From a virus, in IMG/VR virus record IMGVR_UViG_3300024255_000006, positions 1-64,000 of that record: a DNA stretch of 64,000 nucleotides; one strand, given 5' to 3'. The position numbers were made by a program, and so were the translations under genes. Shown piece after piece: positions 44,757 to 54,023 of this stretch (its first letter is position 1; each line of letters starts with the position of its first letter). Below the pieces are notes generated by a model, which was not told the DNA's origin, searched no databases, and worked only from the letters and a program-made list of their open reading frames with translations.

Positions 44757-45355
44757 ATTTTGCATTCATACAACCAATTGTACAATTCGAGTCTCCCAGT
44801 GTAGACATTAAGAAAATTGTTGATCGTGTCTATGACTTTTGGGACAAAAATATTAATAACACAACTATGCAAGGTGGGTATCAACTACGTCTTGTAAATC
44901 ACGAGAGTGGTAAAGTGAATGAACTTTTTGTCCCAGAGATCAATGCACTCTTGCAAGAAGGTATTACAACTGGTGTTGAGAACTATATTGCAACATTGAA
45001 TGTCGATCAGAAAGAAGAGTTCTCTACTAAAATTTGGGTTACCAATGTGTGGATCAACATCGCTACTCCTGGCGCATATCATCGAACACATATTCATGGA
45101 AACTCACACCTGAATGGTATATTCTATTTGCAAGTACCAGAAAATAGTGGTGAGACCTTTGTAGTTAATCCATATCCTACTGGTGTTGAGAGTATAGTGA
45201 AAACACCAAACTCATCTATCTCATTAAGTGCTCAACAAGGTGTTGGATACATATTCTCCTCATCTCTAGCGCACTACACAGATCCAAATCATTCTGAATC
45301 TGATAGAATCTCACTAGCATTTGAAGTTAAACTCGACACCATATTAAAGTCATGA
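44753..45355 (+). CDS. 2OG-Fe(II) oxygenase (TIGR02466-like)
   Basis: WINI, HIH, GIFY, FSS.L.H, RISLAF. Confidence 0.85.
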   Translation: MNFAFIQPIVQFESPSVDIKKIVDRVYDFWDKNINNTTMQGGYQLRLVNHESGKVNELFVPEINALLQEGITTGVENYIATLNVDQKEEFSTKIWVTNVWINIATPGAYHRTHIHGNSHLNGIFYLQVPENSGETFVVNPYPTGVESIVKTPNSSISLSAQQGVGYIFSSSLAHYTDPNHSESDRISLAFEVKLDTILKS

Positions 45356-45969
45356 GACATAATATACAAATTCCTATCTTTCAGTATTCTGTAGAAAACT
45401 GGGAGACTGTGAAACCTGAAATTTTGAATGTTCTTCAAAAATTTAAAGGATCTAGAAATAATCGAGTTAAAAGTAAGGAGACTTACTATCTCAGTGGAAC
45501 AGATGTAGAGACAGATTTCTTTCTATATCGGGGAGCATCTGATCCTCCACCATATGCTCTTGATATAATGAAATATATCAAACCATGCATTCAACAATTC
45601 AAGGAAGATGCTGGTGTTGCTGATATCCCATACGAACTTGATGGGTTTTGGTATGAACTAGCAGCAAAAGGTGAGTGGCATGGTTTACACGATCATGGTA
45701 CAAAAGGCATGTCCGCAGTATTTTTTATCGAGATGGATGATGGACAGTATCCAACAGAATTTGGTGGAGAATTTGGTGAGGAATTATTCAGTCCACCTGC
45801 AAAAGAAGGAGATATGTTATTTTTTCCCTCATGGATGAAGCATTGTGGAGGTCAAAATACTATCGATAAAGGTAGAACTATCATTTCATTCAACATGAAG
45901 AGAAAGCCTACGCAAAAAGATATTGACGATCCGAACAGTTTTTATCATGTTGCATCAGTTCACATATAG
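45352..45969 (+). CDS. 2OG-Fe(II) oxygenase (TIGR02466-like)
   Basis: HDHG, SAVFF, EGDMLFFPSWMKH, RTIISFN. Confidence 0.8.
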   Translation: MRHNIQIPIFQYSVENWETVKPEILNVLQKFKGSRNNRVKSKETYYLSGTDVETDFFLYRGASDPPPYALDIMKYIKPCIQQFKEDAGVADIPYELDGFWYELAAKGEWHGLHDHGTKGMSAVFFIEMDDGQYPTEFGGEFGEELFSPPAKEGDMLFFPSWMKHCGGQNTIDKGRTIISFNMKRKPTQKDIDDPNSFYHVASVHI

Positions 45970-46051
45970 ACAGTCAGAAAAGCGTCACACGGGGGTCACA
46001 CGACCCCCTTTCTGCTGTATAATTGATTCATCGACGGAGACACCACACCAC

Positions 46052-47299
46052 ATGACCCTGACCCTGCGTCCACACCAGACCCGAGCACTTCGTGCCCTGT
46101 CTACTTCTCCCCGTGGTCGCGTGACCATCCCTACTGGTGGTGGTAAAACCCTTGTTATGATTGAGGACGTGAAGCGCACCCTTCAGGTGTCTGATCGCCC
46201 TCGCACTGTGGTTGTGGTTGCTCCTCGGATTCTTCTCGCCAACCAACTGTGTGACGAGTTCTTCTCTGCTCTCAACGGCAATGTCGATGTTGCAGTGATG
46301 CACGTTCACAGTGGTGAGACTTCTTTCAACAGCAGCACCAAAGTTGATAACATTCGTTGTCATGATGCTGTCTGCCGTACTGCTGGTGTTAATCAACTGA
46401 TCTTCACCACTTACATTTCCCTGCGTCGTATCAATGAGTCAGGCATTGATATCGACCACATTTACTTTGACGAGGCACACAACAGCACTCGTCGCGATCA
46501 CTTCAAGGAGACTGCGATTGCATCTCTGACTGCTAAGACTGCATATTTTTTCACGGCGACACCTAAGTATCGTCACAATGCTCATAACAGCATGAACAAT
46601 GTTGCAGTCTATGGTCCTGAACTTATCAGCATTCCTGCTCCTGAACTGATCGACAATGGTAGCATCATTCCTCCTACTATCAAATCTCACATTGTTGAGG
46701 TTGAGCGTCAGAAGTCTATGTACGCTGCTGAGAACGACCGTGAGGTGCTTCTGGACATTGTGAGCAACCTTGATGCTGACTCTGCTCAGAAGATCCTTGT
46801 CGCCGCTCCTAGCACCCGTGTGCTGTGGCGTCTGCTCTCCAATACTGATGTGATGCAGCAGTTTGCTGAGCGTGGTTATGATGTGATGCATATTACTAGT
46901 AAGCATGGTGCATATGTCAACAAAACTAAAGTCAACCGTGAAGAGTTCTTCAACACGCTGACTGCCTGGGGCAAAGATCCTTCCCGTAAGTTTGTGCTGT
47001 TTCACTACAGCATTCTGTCTGAAGGTATGAATGTCCCTGGTTTGACTCACTGCATTCTTCTTCGCAACCTGCCCATCATTGAGATGGCGCAGACTATCGG
47101 TCGCGTGATTCGACTTGATCGTGATGACGCTGCTGATATTGCTGCTGGTAACATCACTCCTGGTCGCCTTGATATGTATCGCAAGTCCACTGGTTATGTG
47201 ACTGTGCCTGTCTTTACCAACTATGGTAAGCAGACTGCGAAGCGTCTCCAGCACGTTGTTGATGCTATCTTCACCAAAGGCATCGCTGCAACTGAATAA
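46052..47299 (+). CDS. Superfamily 2 DExH helicase
   Basis: PTGGGKT, DEAH, TATP, ILSEG, QTIGRVIR; ATG 46052 follows the promoter. Confidence 0.9.
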   Translation: MTLTLRPHQTRALRALSTSPRGRVTIPTGGGKTLVMIEDVKRTLQVSDRPRTVVVVAPRILLANQLCDEFFSALNGNVDVAVMHVHSGETSFNSSTKVDNIRCHDAVCRTAGVNQLIFTTYISLRRINESGIDIDHIYFDEAHNSTRRDHFKETAIASLTAKTAYFFTATPKYRHNAHNSMNNVAVYGPELISIPAPELIDNGSIIPPTIKSHIVEVERQKSMYAAENDREVLLDIVSNLDADSAQKILVAAPSTRVLWRLLSNTDVMQQFAERGYDVMHITSKHGAYVNKTKVNREEFFNTLTAWGKDPSRKFVLFHYSILSEGMNVPGLTHCILLRNLPIIEMAQTIGRVIRLDRDDAADIAAGNITPGRLDMYRKSTGYVTVPVFTNYGKQTAKRLQHVVDAIFTKGIAATE

Positions 47300-47372
47300 T
47301 AAAGAAATGCTGAAAACATCAGCGTTTTCACACATAATAATCTAAAATACTTCTATACCACAAAACTATCTT

Positions 47373-47579
47373 ATGGAAGAGTACCAATCCTGCATTGATG
47401 ACGAAAAACATCAGAAACGACGTGATGCTTTCAATCTTTTCTATGAGAGTGTCTTGAAACCAGATCCTGAACTTAGGCGGGATTCACACGAACAACTATG
47501 CTATCATGAACTGATGGAATGGCGAGGAGATATTCTCGCTTATCTTGACCTCCGACGTATTGAAGAGTTTCACAAATGA
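47373..47579 (+). CDS. Hypothetical protein
   Basis: FYESVLKPD..CYHELMEWR. Confidence 0.7.
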   Translation: MEEYQSCIDDEKHQKRRDAFNLFYESVLKPDPELRRDSHEQLCYHELMEWRGDILAYLDLRRIEEFHK

Positions 47580-47854
47580 CTATTGACGGAAAACCCAACA
47601 TTCAACATGACTGGAACAAAGAGTATGCGAAACAACGCAAAGATCGTATGCAAGATGCTATCGATGATTACCTCCAAGATGGTAAAGTACCAGCACGACA
47701 AACTTATGAAGAGATGTTATCTTGCGTCAATGACGTGATTGATTATCATCGTACGAGTATGAACCGAGCAGTGAAACTTAAGGAGTTAATGCTTGGACAT
47801 CGTGATATTGAACTGCTAGATCCAGATGAGATTAGTTTGTTAGATACTCTGTGA
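47576..47854 (+). CDS. Hypothetical protein
   Basis: 92-aa coupled ORF. Confidence 0.7.
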   Translation: MTIDGKPNIQHDWNKEYAKQRKDRMQDAIDDYLQDGKVPARQTYEEMLSCVNDVIDYHRTSMNRAVKLKELMLGHRDIELLDPDEISLLDTL

Positions 47855-48471
47855 CCTATAATCTTATCAATATTTTACCGACCTGGGTTATGGAGATTGA
47901 GTTTCCTGACTCAGGTTCTTTTATACCACACTTCGATGATCTTACTTATCGTGATCTAAACTCGTTTGTATCACACGAGACTGATGTTTTAGATCGTGAT
48001 CCATTCACTAAGATCAGAGAATTGATCCTAAAACATCTACAGATCATCATTGATGAGTGTGGTTATGAAGGTGATATTGGTTCAAGAATCACTCAGTCAT
48101 GGGCAATCAAGGCAACAGGAGGAAACAATACACCACCACATTCTCATCCTAACAGTCAGTTCAGTGGTGTTTGCTACTTCAATGATAGTCCACACGCACT
48201 AGTTCTCTGTCGCAAAGACATGTGGTATGATGATAAGATGCCTATCCGCGTCTTTGATTGCATAAATGAGCATCGGTTCTTTCAGAATACTCATAACCAG
48301 TTCAGATATGAACCAAAAGCGGGTAAGATCCTCATTTTTCCGTCTACTATGAAGCATTATGTCGAAATGATTCCGCATGAAGTCACGGAGACACGATACT
48401 CGCTAGCATTTAATACGTTCCTGACTGGTAAAGTCTTGACCGATTCCACTCTTGCCTCTATTATACTATGA
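47851..48471 (+). CDS. 2OG-Fe(II) oxygenase (TIGR02466-like)
   Basis: QSW, HSHPNS..SGVCY, LIFPS..H, RYSLAFN. Confidence 0.88.
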   Translation: MTYNLINILPTWVMEIEFPDSGSFIPHFDDLTYRDLNSFVSHETDVLDRDPFTKIRELILKHLQIIIDECGYEGDIGSRITQSWAIKATGGNNTPPHSHPNSQFSGVCYFNDSPHALVLCRKDMWYDDKMPIRVFDCINEHRFFQNTHNQFRYEPKAGKILIFPSTMKHYVEMIPHEVTETRYSLAFNTFLTGKVLTDSTLASIIL

Positions 48472-48767
48472 TGGAAACATTCCCTGCCGCTTTTACTCAT
48501 GAACCACCAACAGGATATCGATACGAGATCGTTCGCTTTAAAGCTACTATTCTTGCAATTTGGATTGTTCATATCAGTGGGTTTAATTACAGTGATCACG
48601 ATCCTGTTCGTTGTATCTGGGGATTCTACAACACAAAAAAAGAATCATTCTTTGAACCAAAAAACTCAAAGTCAGTTGGTGCAGCAGTAGATTTTACAGA
48701 CACCACACAGTATTCAGCAATGACGTTTAAGCGTCCGTTCACTCCAACCATTGCTAATTTCCTCTAA
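48468..48767 (+). CDS. Hypothetical protein
   Basis: FTHEPPTGYRYE..CIWGFY..TTQYSAM. Confidence 0.7.
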   Translation: MMETFPAAFTHEPPTGYRYEIVRFKATILAIWIVHISGFNYSDHDPVRCIWGFYNTKKESFFEPKNSKSVGAAVDFTDTTQYSAMTFKRPFTPTIANFL

Positions 48768-48792
48768 ATACTATCGTCAATCAAATGTAACT

Positions 48793-48954
48793 ATGAAAGC
48801 AAAACCAGAAGTACATAGAGTGGAATTCAAGGACGATAGTCGTCCTGCTCTGCTATTTCATGGGGATACGAAGAGCTTGAAACGATATATTTCAGAGAAT
48901 ATGGATTGCATTGAAGCAGTCTATCAGTTAGAATGGAGATCAATTCGCTTCTAA
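48793..48954 (+). CDS. Hypothetical protein
   Basis: ATG 48793 within track ORF 48751. Confidence 0.55.
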   Translation: MKAKPEVHRVEFKDDSRPALLFHGDTKSLKRYISENMDCIEAVYQLEWRSIRF

Positions 48955-48996
48955 GACACCCCTAGAAGCGTCTGTAACGCCCTCGAACCCTTTATC

Positions 48997-49203
48997 ATGA
49001 CCAATTCATCTACTGTGGTTACTGAAGTGACTCTAGACACCCACCAGATCCAATTTATCATGGATCTGATGATGGGATGTAATTCAGGCACCACCAAAAT
49101 CCACTCACGTAAGAATCAAATCAACGATTCTAGTCTCTATAATCACCTTGATAAGTGTCTAACTGATGCTCTATGGTTTGAATCCCAATCGGAGGGACTA
49201 TGA
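48997..49203 (+). CDS. Hypothetical protein
   Basis: 68-aa ORF. Confidence 0.6.
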   Translation: MTNSSTVVTEVTLDTHQIQFIMDLMMGCNSGTTKIHSRKNQINDSSLYNHLDKCLTDALWFESQSEGL

Positions 49204-49415
49204 AATTAGATAGTAAAGCAAGAGTATTAGGTAGTGTTGGAGTCATCACTGCCTATTTTATTGTCTTGCATGTAAATGTATTACTTGGTGTGATCATTCA
49301 TTTTGTGGCTGATCTAATCAGTGTACCGTATTTCATTCGTACTAAAGCATGGGATGTGGTGATCATGTTAGCGTTCCTCTTGTTCATCGGCATGTCTAAG
49401 CTGACCACTTTGTGA
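49200..49415 (+). CDS. Small multi-pass membrane protein
   Basis: Three hydrophobic segments. Confidence 0.65.
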   Translation: MKLDSKARVLGSVGVITAYFIVLHVNVLLGVIIHFVADLISVPYFIRTKAWDVVIMLAFLLFIGMSKLTTL

Positions 49416-49419
49416 TCTG

Positions 49420-49611
49420 ATGCTATCAACTAAACTCATCACATCTGCCTCAACTGCTATAAAGATTGCTAATCCAGACTGGGAGTTGAGACAAATACTT
49501 TCAGTCCTTAATCTATCCAATCAAGTATATGATCAATGGCATCCTGCTGCTCTAGGTGTTATGAATGCAAATAGAGTTATAGGCACAAAAGGTGGATTCA
49601 AACGGTTCTGA
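49420..49611 (+). CDS. Hypothetical protein
   Basis: 63-aa ORF. Confidence 0.5.
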   Translation: MLSTKLITSASTAIKIANPDWELRQILSVLNLSNQVYDQWHPAALGVMNANRVIGTKGGFKRF

Positions 49612-49695
49612 TGCGCCAGTTGCTGAACTGCCCACTGACTGACCACAGGGCACTCAAATGCCTTATACTATATTCATCAGCAAGGGACACACCAC

Positions 49696-49935
49696 ATGAC
49701 CACCACAGTCGTCAAGCACTCTCACTACAAGATCCAGGTTGATTTCGTTGAGTCTCCTGGTCATCCTATCGTATACTTCCGCAAGGAAGGCAAGTGCAAG
49801 ACGTTCAATGGCGGCATGAGGCAGATGGATCGCGTCACCAATGAGTCCTGTGATGCATGGAGAGATTATAACTTCCGCCGTCTCACCGTGTCTGTTGTAC
49901 CAGCTGAGGAAGTGACTCCTTTGGTGGTCAACTGA
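49696..49935 (+). CDS. Early hypothetical protein
   Basis: Follows promoter at 49664; AAGGGA SD. Confidence 0.7.
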   Translation: MTTTVVKHSHYKIQVDFVESPGHPIVYFRKEGKCKTFNGGMRQMDRVTNESCDAWRDYNFRRLTVSVVPAEEVTPLVVN

Positions 49936-49985
49936 CCCCGTACCTGTTATACTTAATTCATCAGTAAACCACACTCTCCAGACCA

Positions 49986-50162
49986 ATGTTTTCTAAAGAC
50001 GACCACGATTTCCTTGACTTTCTCTTCGGCAAACTCACTGCATTTGTAGACAATGAAGAACTTGATCTGTCCGAGAATGATGATACTGTCTGCACTAGTC
50101 TTGAATTCAGAGCAGCAGAACTTGAGATGACTGTGGATGAGATGCTTCATGCTGATCTATAA
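49986..50162 (+). CDS. Acidic hypothetical protein, 58 aa
   Basis: MFSKDDHDFLDFLFGKL..; follows promoter at 49948. Confidence 0.65.
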   Translation: MFSKDDHDFLDFLFGKLTAFVDNEELDLSENDDTVCTSLEFRAAELEMTVDEMLHADL

Positions 50163-50704
50163 TGTATCGAGACTTTTTTCCAACGCCACTCATAGCAGAA
50201 AGATGTGATATTGATAATGATAGACTGCTTGAGAAGGTATTGAGATATGCTCGTCGATCAGAGTCAGTATATTATTCTAATATTGGTGGTGAGCAGTATC
50301 ATGAGTTTCGTGATGAACAATTGTTCGATGCAATTGGTAAAGCAATTCCACAACGTGTAGATGTAGCACAAGATATTTTTAGTATCTACGCATGGATCAA
50401 CATCAATCCTCCTGGTGCATATAACAAAAGACACCATCACATTGATCCACACATTATCTTTTCAGGTGCTTACTATGTTGTAGCACCAAAGGATAGTGGA
50501 GAACTTAAGTTCCATGATCCACGCGGATCAATGATTGCTGAAGATGCTGCCCTAGGGTATTTCTATCAGCAACCTACGGAATCTATCGCACCTGAAACAG
50601 GTATGCTATGGATATTTCCGTCTTGGTTAGAGCATGAGGTTACACCAAACAACTCTAACGAAACTCGTATCTCTATTTCATTTAACATTTCAATCCCAAT
50701 CTGA
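50162..50704 (+). CDS. 2OG-Fe(II) oxygenase (TIGR02466-like)
   Basis: SNIGG, WININ, HHH, SGAYY, FPSWLEH, RISISFN. Confidence 0.88.
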   Translation: MYRDFFPTPLIAERCDIDNDRLLEKVLRYARRSESVYYSNIGGEQYHEFRDEQLFDAIGKAIPQRVDVAQDIFSIYAWININPPGAYNKRHHHIDPHIIFSGAYYVVAPKDSGELKFHDPRGSMIAEDAALGYFYQQPTESIAPETGMLWIFPSWLEHEVTPNNSNETRISISFNISIPI

Positions 50705-50856
50705 TGAACACTTTTGACGACGTGATGCTTGACCGTGCTCTGCTGTCTCTCCTGGAAGACGTAGAAGTAGATTGGACCGATGACGTGCCTGATGTAAACC
50801 AGGAGTGGGCAGTTGAGGAACTGACCCCTGAGGCACTCAAGGCGATGAATTGGTAG
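50704..50856 (+). CDS. Acidic hypothetical protein, 50 aa
   Basis: TGATG coupling; MNTFDDVMLD.. Confidence 0.55.
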   Translation: MNTFDDVMLDRALLSLLEDVEVDWTDDVPDVNQEWAVEELTPEALKAMNW

Positions 50857-50885
50857 TATGATTACTAGGTAATCGAGAGACAGGC

Positions 50886-51257
50886 ATGACCACTCAATCG
50901 TTCGCTGACTTCGCTACCCAGCAAGACGCTCGTCACACCATCGAGTTGAACATCCGCAAGTATACTCTCATGCTCTGTGATGCTTTGGTCCTGGACTTCG
51001 AGACTCATCATCCTGAGTCTGATCCATACAAATTCGACATTGAATCTGGTCGCAAGTATCACAAACTGATCATGGAGACCAATGCTGGTTCCCGTAGTGT
51101 TCATGCTTTCGTTGATAAGAAGACGGGTGAGGTTTACAAACCTGCCTCATTCAAAGCACCTGCTAAGCACGTTCGCTTCAACCTACTGCTGATCAACGAT
51201 CGTGAGTGGTTGCTAGAGAACGCTGACTGGGCAGGTGGTTATCTTTACAAGCGTTGA
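50886..51257 (+). CDS. Conserved phage hypothetical protein
   Basis: GRKYHKLI..SVHAFVDKKTGEVYKPASFKAPAK. Confidence 0.8.
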   Translation: MTTQSFADFATQQDARHTIELNIRKYTLMLCDALVLDFETHHPESDPYKFDIESGRKYHKLIMETNAGSRSVHAFVDKKTGEVYKPASFKAPAKHVRFNLLLINDREWLLENADWAGGYLYKR

Positions 51258-51282
51258 CGCGCTGCCCATTTTCTGCTAAATT
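51254..51282 (+). promoter_or_regulatory. sigma70-like promoter
   Basis: TTGACG-17 nt-TAAATT. Confidence 0.65.
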
Positions 51283-51306
51283 ACTCTAGTTCTTTCTTTT
51301 ACCACA

Positions 51307-51543
51307 ATGTTCTATCTTGTTGCTGCTGGTAACGGTTACGCCATGGATCACGCTGGTGATACCATGTATGGTATGACTGTGTTTGAAGATAACACGGTCG
51401 ATATTGACGATTCTTATGACATCGCTTATGATGAAGTTGATGAGGGCGAGCAGGAGTATCTTGCTCACGTCGCTTATCACATGCAGCAAATCGCCAAATT
51501 GACCGAGGAGCACCGTAAACTTAACGAGGTATTCATCAAATGA
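51307..51543 (+). CDS. Acidic hypothetical protein
   Basis: 78-aa ORF after a promoter. Confidence 0.7.
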   Translation: MFYLVAAGNGYAMDHAGDTMYGMTVFEDNTVDIDDSYDIAYDEVDEGEQEYLAHVAYHMQQIAKLTEEHRKLNEVFIK

Positions 51544-51809
51544 GTATTGTGACGGATGACCTGGTGGAGAATCTTATTCAACCACCCTTTGTAAATCCTT
51601 TCTATGGTACACATACTACGTCTGTTGTACCACGCACAGATCTTTCAGAAGAAGATCTCACACGCTATTGGCGCTATTTCAAACGATTCCCAAATGAATT
51701 TGCGTCGGCAGTCAACAAACTGCTTCCAAATTCATGCATCTTTGTTACCTTCGATCACCTCAACAACGTCCTTACCTATGAACAACGAACTCGCTCTTCA
51801 AATCTCTGA
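51540..51809 (+). CDS. Hypothetical protein
   Basis: 89-aa coupled ORF. Confidence 0.6.
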   Translation: MSIVTDDLVENLIQPPFVNPFYGTHTTSVVPRTDLSEEDLTRYWRYFKRFPNEFASAVNKLLPNSCIFVTFDHLNNVLTYEQRTRSSNL

Positions 51810-52011
51810 ACAACGTGACGATATCTGTGAATGGATGATGACTCGCTTTCGTGAGTTGATGTCTGAGGAACGTATTGATGATGCACTGCATTTCGCAGAT
51901 GAGTGGTTTGAGTGGATGGATCCTGAGGGCTACATAAACGAGTCCACACACTTCTACAACGAAGATGAGCTCCTCCAACTCTACCTCAGCCTACCAGAAA
52001 CAGATCGCTGA
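51778..52011 (+). CDS. Hypothetical protein
   Basis: ATG 51778 in track ORF 51604; DEWFEWMDP. Confidence 0.65.
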   Translation: MNNELALQISEQRDDICEWMMTRFRELMSEERIDDALHFADEWFEWMDPEGYINESTHFYNEDELLQLYLSLPETDR

Positions 52012-52034
52012 TCTACTGGTAGACATATGTTATG

Positions 52035-52078
52035 AGCGAGATCCTAAGCAATTAGAAGTGCTTAGTGAGAGACTCGCT
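52035..52078. other. Intergenic stem-loop, GCAATTAGAAG family copy 1
   Basis: AGCGAG/CTCGCT outer stem, CTAAGCA/TGCTTAG inner stem. Confidence 0.6.
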
Positions 52079-52109
52079 ATGATTCGTAAACTTTGCCCCG
52101 ACTGTACTA

Positions 52110-52436
52110 ATGAGAATCAAAGACAGCAACACATCTGAAGTTGTTGACATCGCAGCAGAGAATGCTGGTACTGCTACAACTTATGTCTCTACTAATTCAG
52201 ATCCCGAAGCAGCACAAATGGAAGAATATCTTCACAATGTTGCTGTTCCTGAGCATCAACAAAAGATGGCATCACTGCTAGAGACTGATGGTTATGAAAT
52301 TAAACGAACACCAGCAACCTTTCGCCGTATTCAAACTCTTGGTTTGTCCGATGCAAATCTTACAGAGATGCTGAAAACCCACCAAGGTCGAATTAAATTC
52401 GGTTATAATTACATTGAGCGAGTACAACTGAGCTAA
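52110..52436 (+). CDS. Hypothetical protein
   Basis: 108-aa ORF. Confidence 0.65.
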   Translation: MRIKDSNTSEVVDIAAENAGTATTYVSTNSDPEAAQMEEYLHNVAVPEHQQKMASLLETDGYEIKRTPATFRRIQTLGLSDANLTEMLKTHQGRIKFGYNYIERVQLS

Positions 52437-52438
52437 CT

Positions 52439-52714
52439 ATGAAAAACTGTATGGCAATGAACTGTTTAGTTCATGACGATCTATATGAATTGGGTGCAGA
52501 ACTGCCTGATTCACCAATGCGTCGATTCAAAATTGTTGACACATTGACCAATAAGGAGTATGATATTATTTCATCGATGGGCCACCTTAATGGTTCTCCC
52601 GCATTCTTCAAAGTGAAACTCGATGATGTTCCTGTAGAAAATCAAGATGGTGATCTCTACGTGAGCGAAAACGATTACAATGATCTGAATGAGCGTGGGG
52701 CAGTTGAAATCTAA
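52439..52714 (+). CDS. Hypothetical protein
   Basis: 91-aa ORF. Confidence 0.6.
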   Translation: MKNCMAMNCLVHDDLYELGAELPDSPMRRFKIVDTLTNKEYDIISSMGHLNGSPAFFKVKLDDVPVENQDGDLYVSENDYNDLNERGAVEI

Positions 52715-52868
52715 AAAGATTGAGATTGCATTGGGTGAAGATCTCCAACATGAATATGAATCATGGTTAGCGTGTAAAGAATCGCTAGGCATTGAACGTA
52801 GCATCAACAGTTTTTTAAATTACATCTATCATTATGGGACTTTTCAATATCCGCAACTACCTGAGTAA
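52704..52868 (+). CDS. Hypothetical protein, 54 aa
   Basis: TTG start; fills the gap between neighbours. Confidence 0.5.
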   Translation: MKSKKIEIALGEDLQHEYESWLACKESLGIERSINSFLNYIYHYGTFQYPQLPE

Positions 52869-53538
52869 TGTTATCATTGCTGGTGCAATGCTCGGCATGG
52901 CGCAAGGTATGAGTGTGCAGGCAGGAGAAGATAGGATCACTAAAGGTTACAACTCTATGGATTCCATGGGGTGCATGTTAGTACGTGAGTGTACTAAAGA
53001 CGTGAATGAAGTTCATTCATTGTTAGACATTAGTTCACAGTATCCTAACACTGATCAGTTCACATCAGTCGCACTAGAGTTCAACACTCTACTGATGACG
53101 TTGAATCAAATTGGTACGAAAGTGTACCTTGCTGATGAACGTTACTTCCCTACAGGTCATCGTGGTGTGTATCACACTGTGAGCAATAATTTCTATCTTA
53201 ATAAGAAATATATGAATCGCCCTGGTGTGATGATGAGCGTAATGAGGCACGAGGGTTGGCATGCTGCACAAGATTGTATGGCTGGAACTATCAAGAATAG
53301 TCTGATTGCTATCATCTTGCCTGAGGAAAACGTGCCGATGATCTGGCGCACTCTAGCAGAACGCACCTATCCCTCCTCTGCGGTCCCCTGGGAGGCAGAA
53401 GCAGGTTGGGCAGGTAGAACTGAAGGAATGACTCAGAAGGCGCTTTCTGCTTGCGCTAGCGGGCAAATGTGGTTAGAATATGAACCAACCCCACTTACTC
53501 GACAATGGTTGACTGAAAATGGATACATCAAAGACTAG
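52834..53538 (+). CDS. Exported protein with HExxH metallopeptidase-like motif
   Basis: Signal-like N-terminus; RHEGWHAAQDC, WEAEA. Confidence 0.75.
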   Translation: MGLFNIRNYLSNVIIAGAMLGMAQGMSVQAGEDRITKGYNSMDSMGCMLVRECTKDVNEVHSLLDISSQYPNTDQFTSVALEFNTLLMTLNQIGTKVYLADERYFPTGHRGVYHTVSNNFYLNKKYMNRPGVMMSVMRHEGWHAAQDCMAGTIKNSLIAIILPEENVPMIWRTLAERTYPSSAVPWEAEAGWAGRTEGMTQKALSACASGQMWLEYEPTPLTRQWLTENGYIKD

Positions 53539-53830
53539 TTTCACCACTGAAGTTCAACAGTATGCCGACACGCAAGACCTCTGCATCGAAATCCCGCAAT
53601 ACGTCCTCCAAAACCTTAACTGGGAAGAAGGTGACGAACTCGCGTGGAGTATCGAAAACAACCAAATCATCCTCACCAAAGTCAAAGACAGCGGAAGCGA
53701 TGAAGAAGAATGTAGAGAAGTTGACTTCGACACCATCTACGACAACCACATCAACCCGATCTACGAAGCAACAGAAGCAGACTGGAAAGGTTTCTGGTAC
53801 TCGCCAGAAGAAAACGACGCCTGGAGTTAA
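53519..53830 (+). CDS. AbrB/MazE-like DNA-binding protein
   Basis: IEIP..L..L.W.EGD.L.W......IIL.K swapped-hairpin pattern. Confidence 0.7.
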   Translation: MDTSKTSFTTEVQQYADTQDLCIEIPQYVLQNLNWEEGDELAWSIENNQIILTKVKDSGSDEEECREVDFDTIYDNHINPIYEATEADWKGFWYSPEENDAWS

Positions 53831-54023
53831 ACATACAAGGAGCAGAGATTTAAAACTCTTCCCACATAGTATGTTTCCATGGAGATTTCAACCACGAGGT
53901 AAATGTAATCATAATCTCGCATGGTTTGAATGTCTAGAGCATGTCGAAAAGCATGTCGCACGTTATCATCTTAAACCCACACAATACAAGGTAATTTGTA
54001 ATGCATATGTTGTCTCATCATGA
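53700..54023 (+). CDS. Basic Thr/Lys-rich hypothetical protein
   Basis: C-terminal FPHSMFPWRF..AWFECLEH; start uncertain (53562 or 53700). Confidence 0.55.
   Translation: MKKNVEKLTSTPSTTTTSTRSTKQQKQTGKVSGTRQKKTTPGVKHTRSRDLKLFPHSMFPWRFQPRGKCNHNLAWFECLEHVEKHVARYHLKPTQYKVICNAYVVSS

Noticed and set aside
46028-47335. Long minus-strand ORFs (298 aa and 122 aa) opposite the helicase
   Set aside because: Antisense shadows of a codon-biased gene; no motifs or SD
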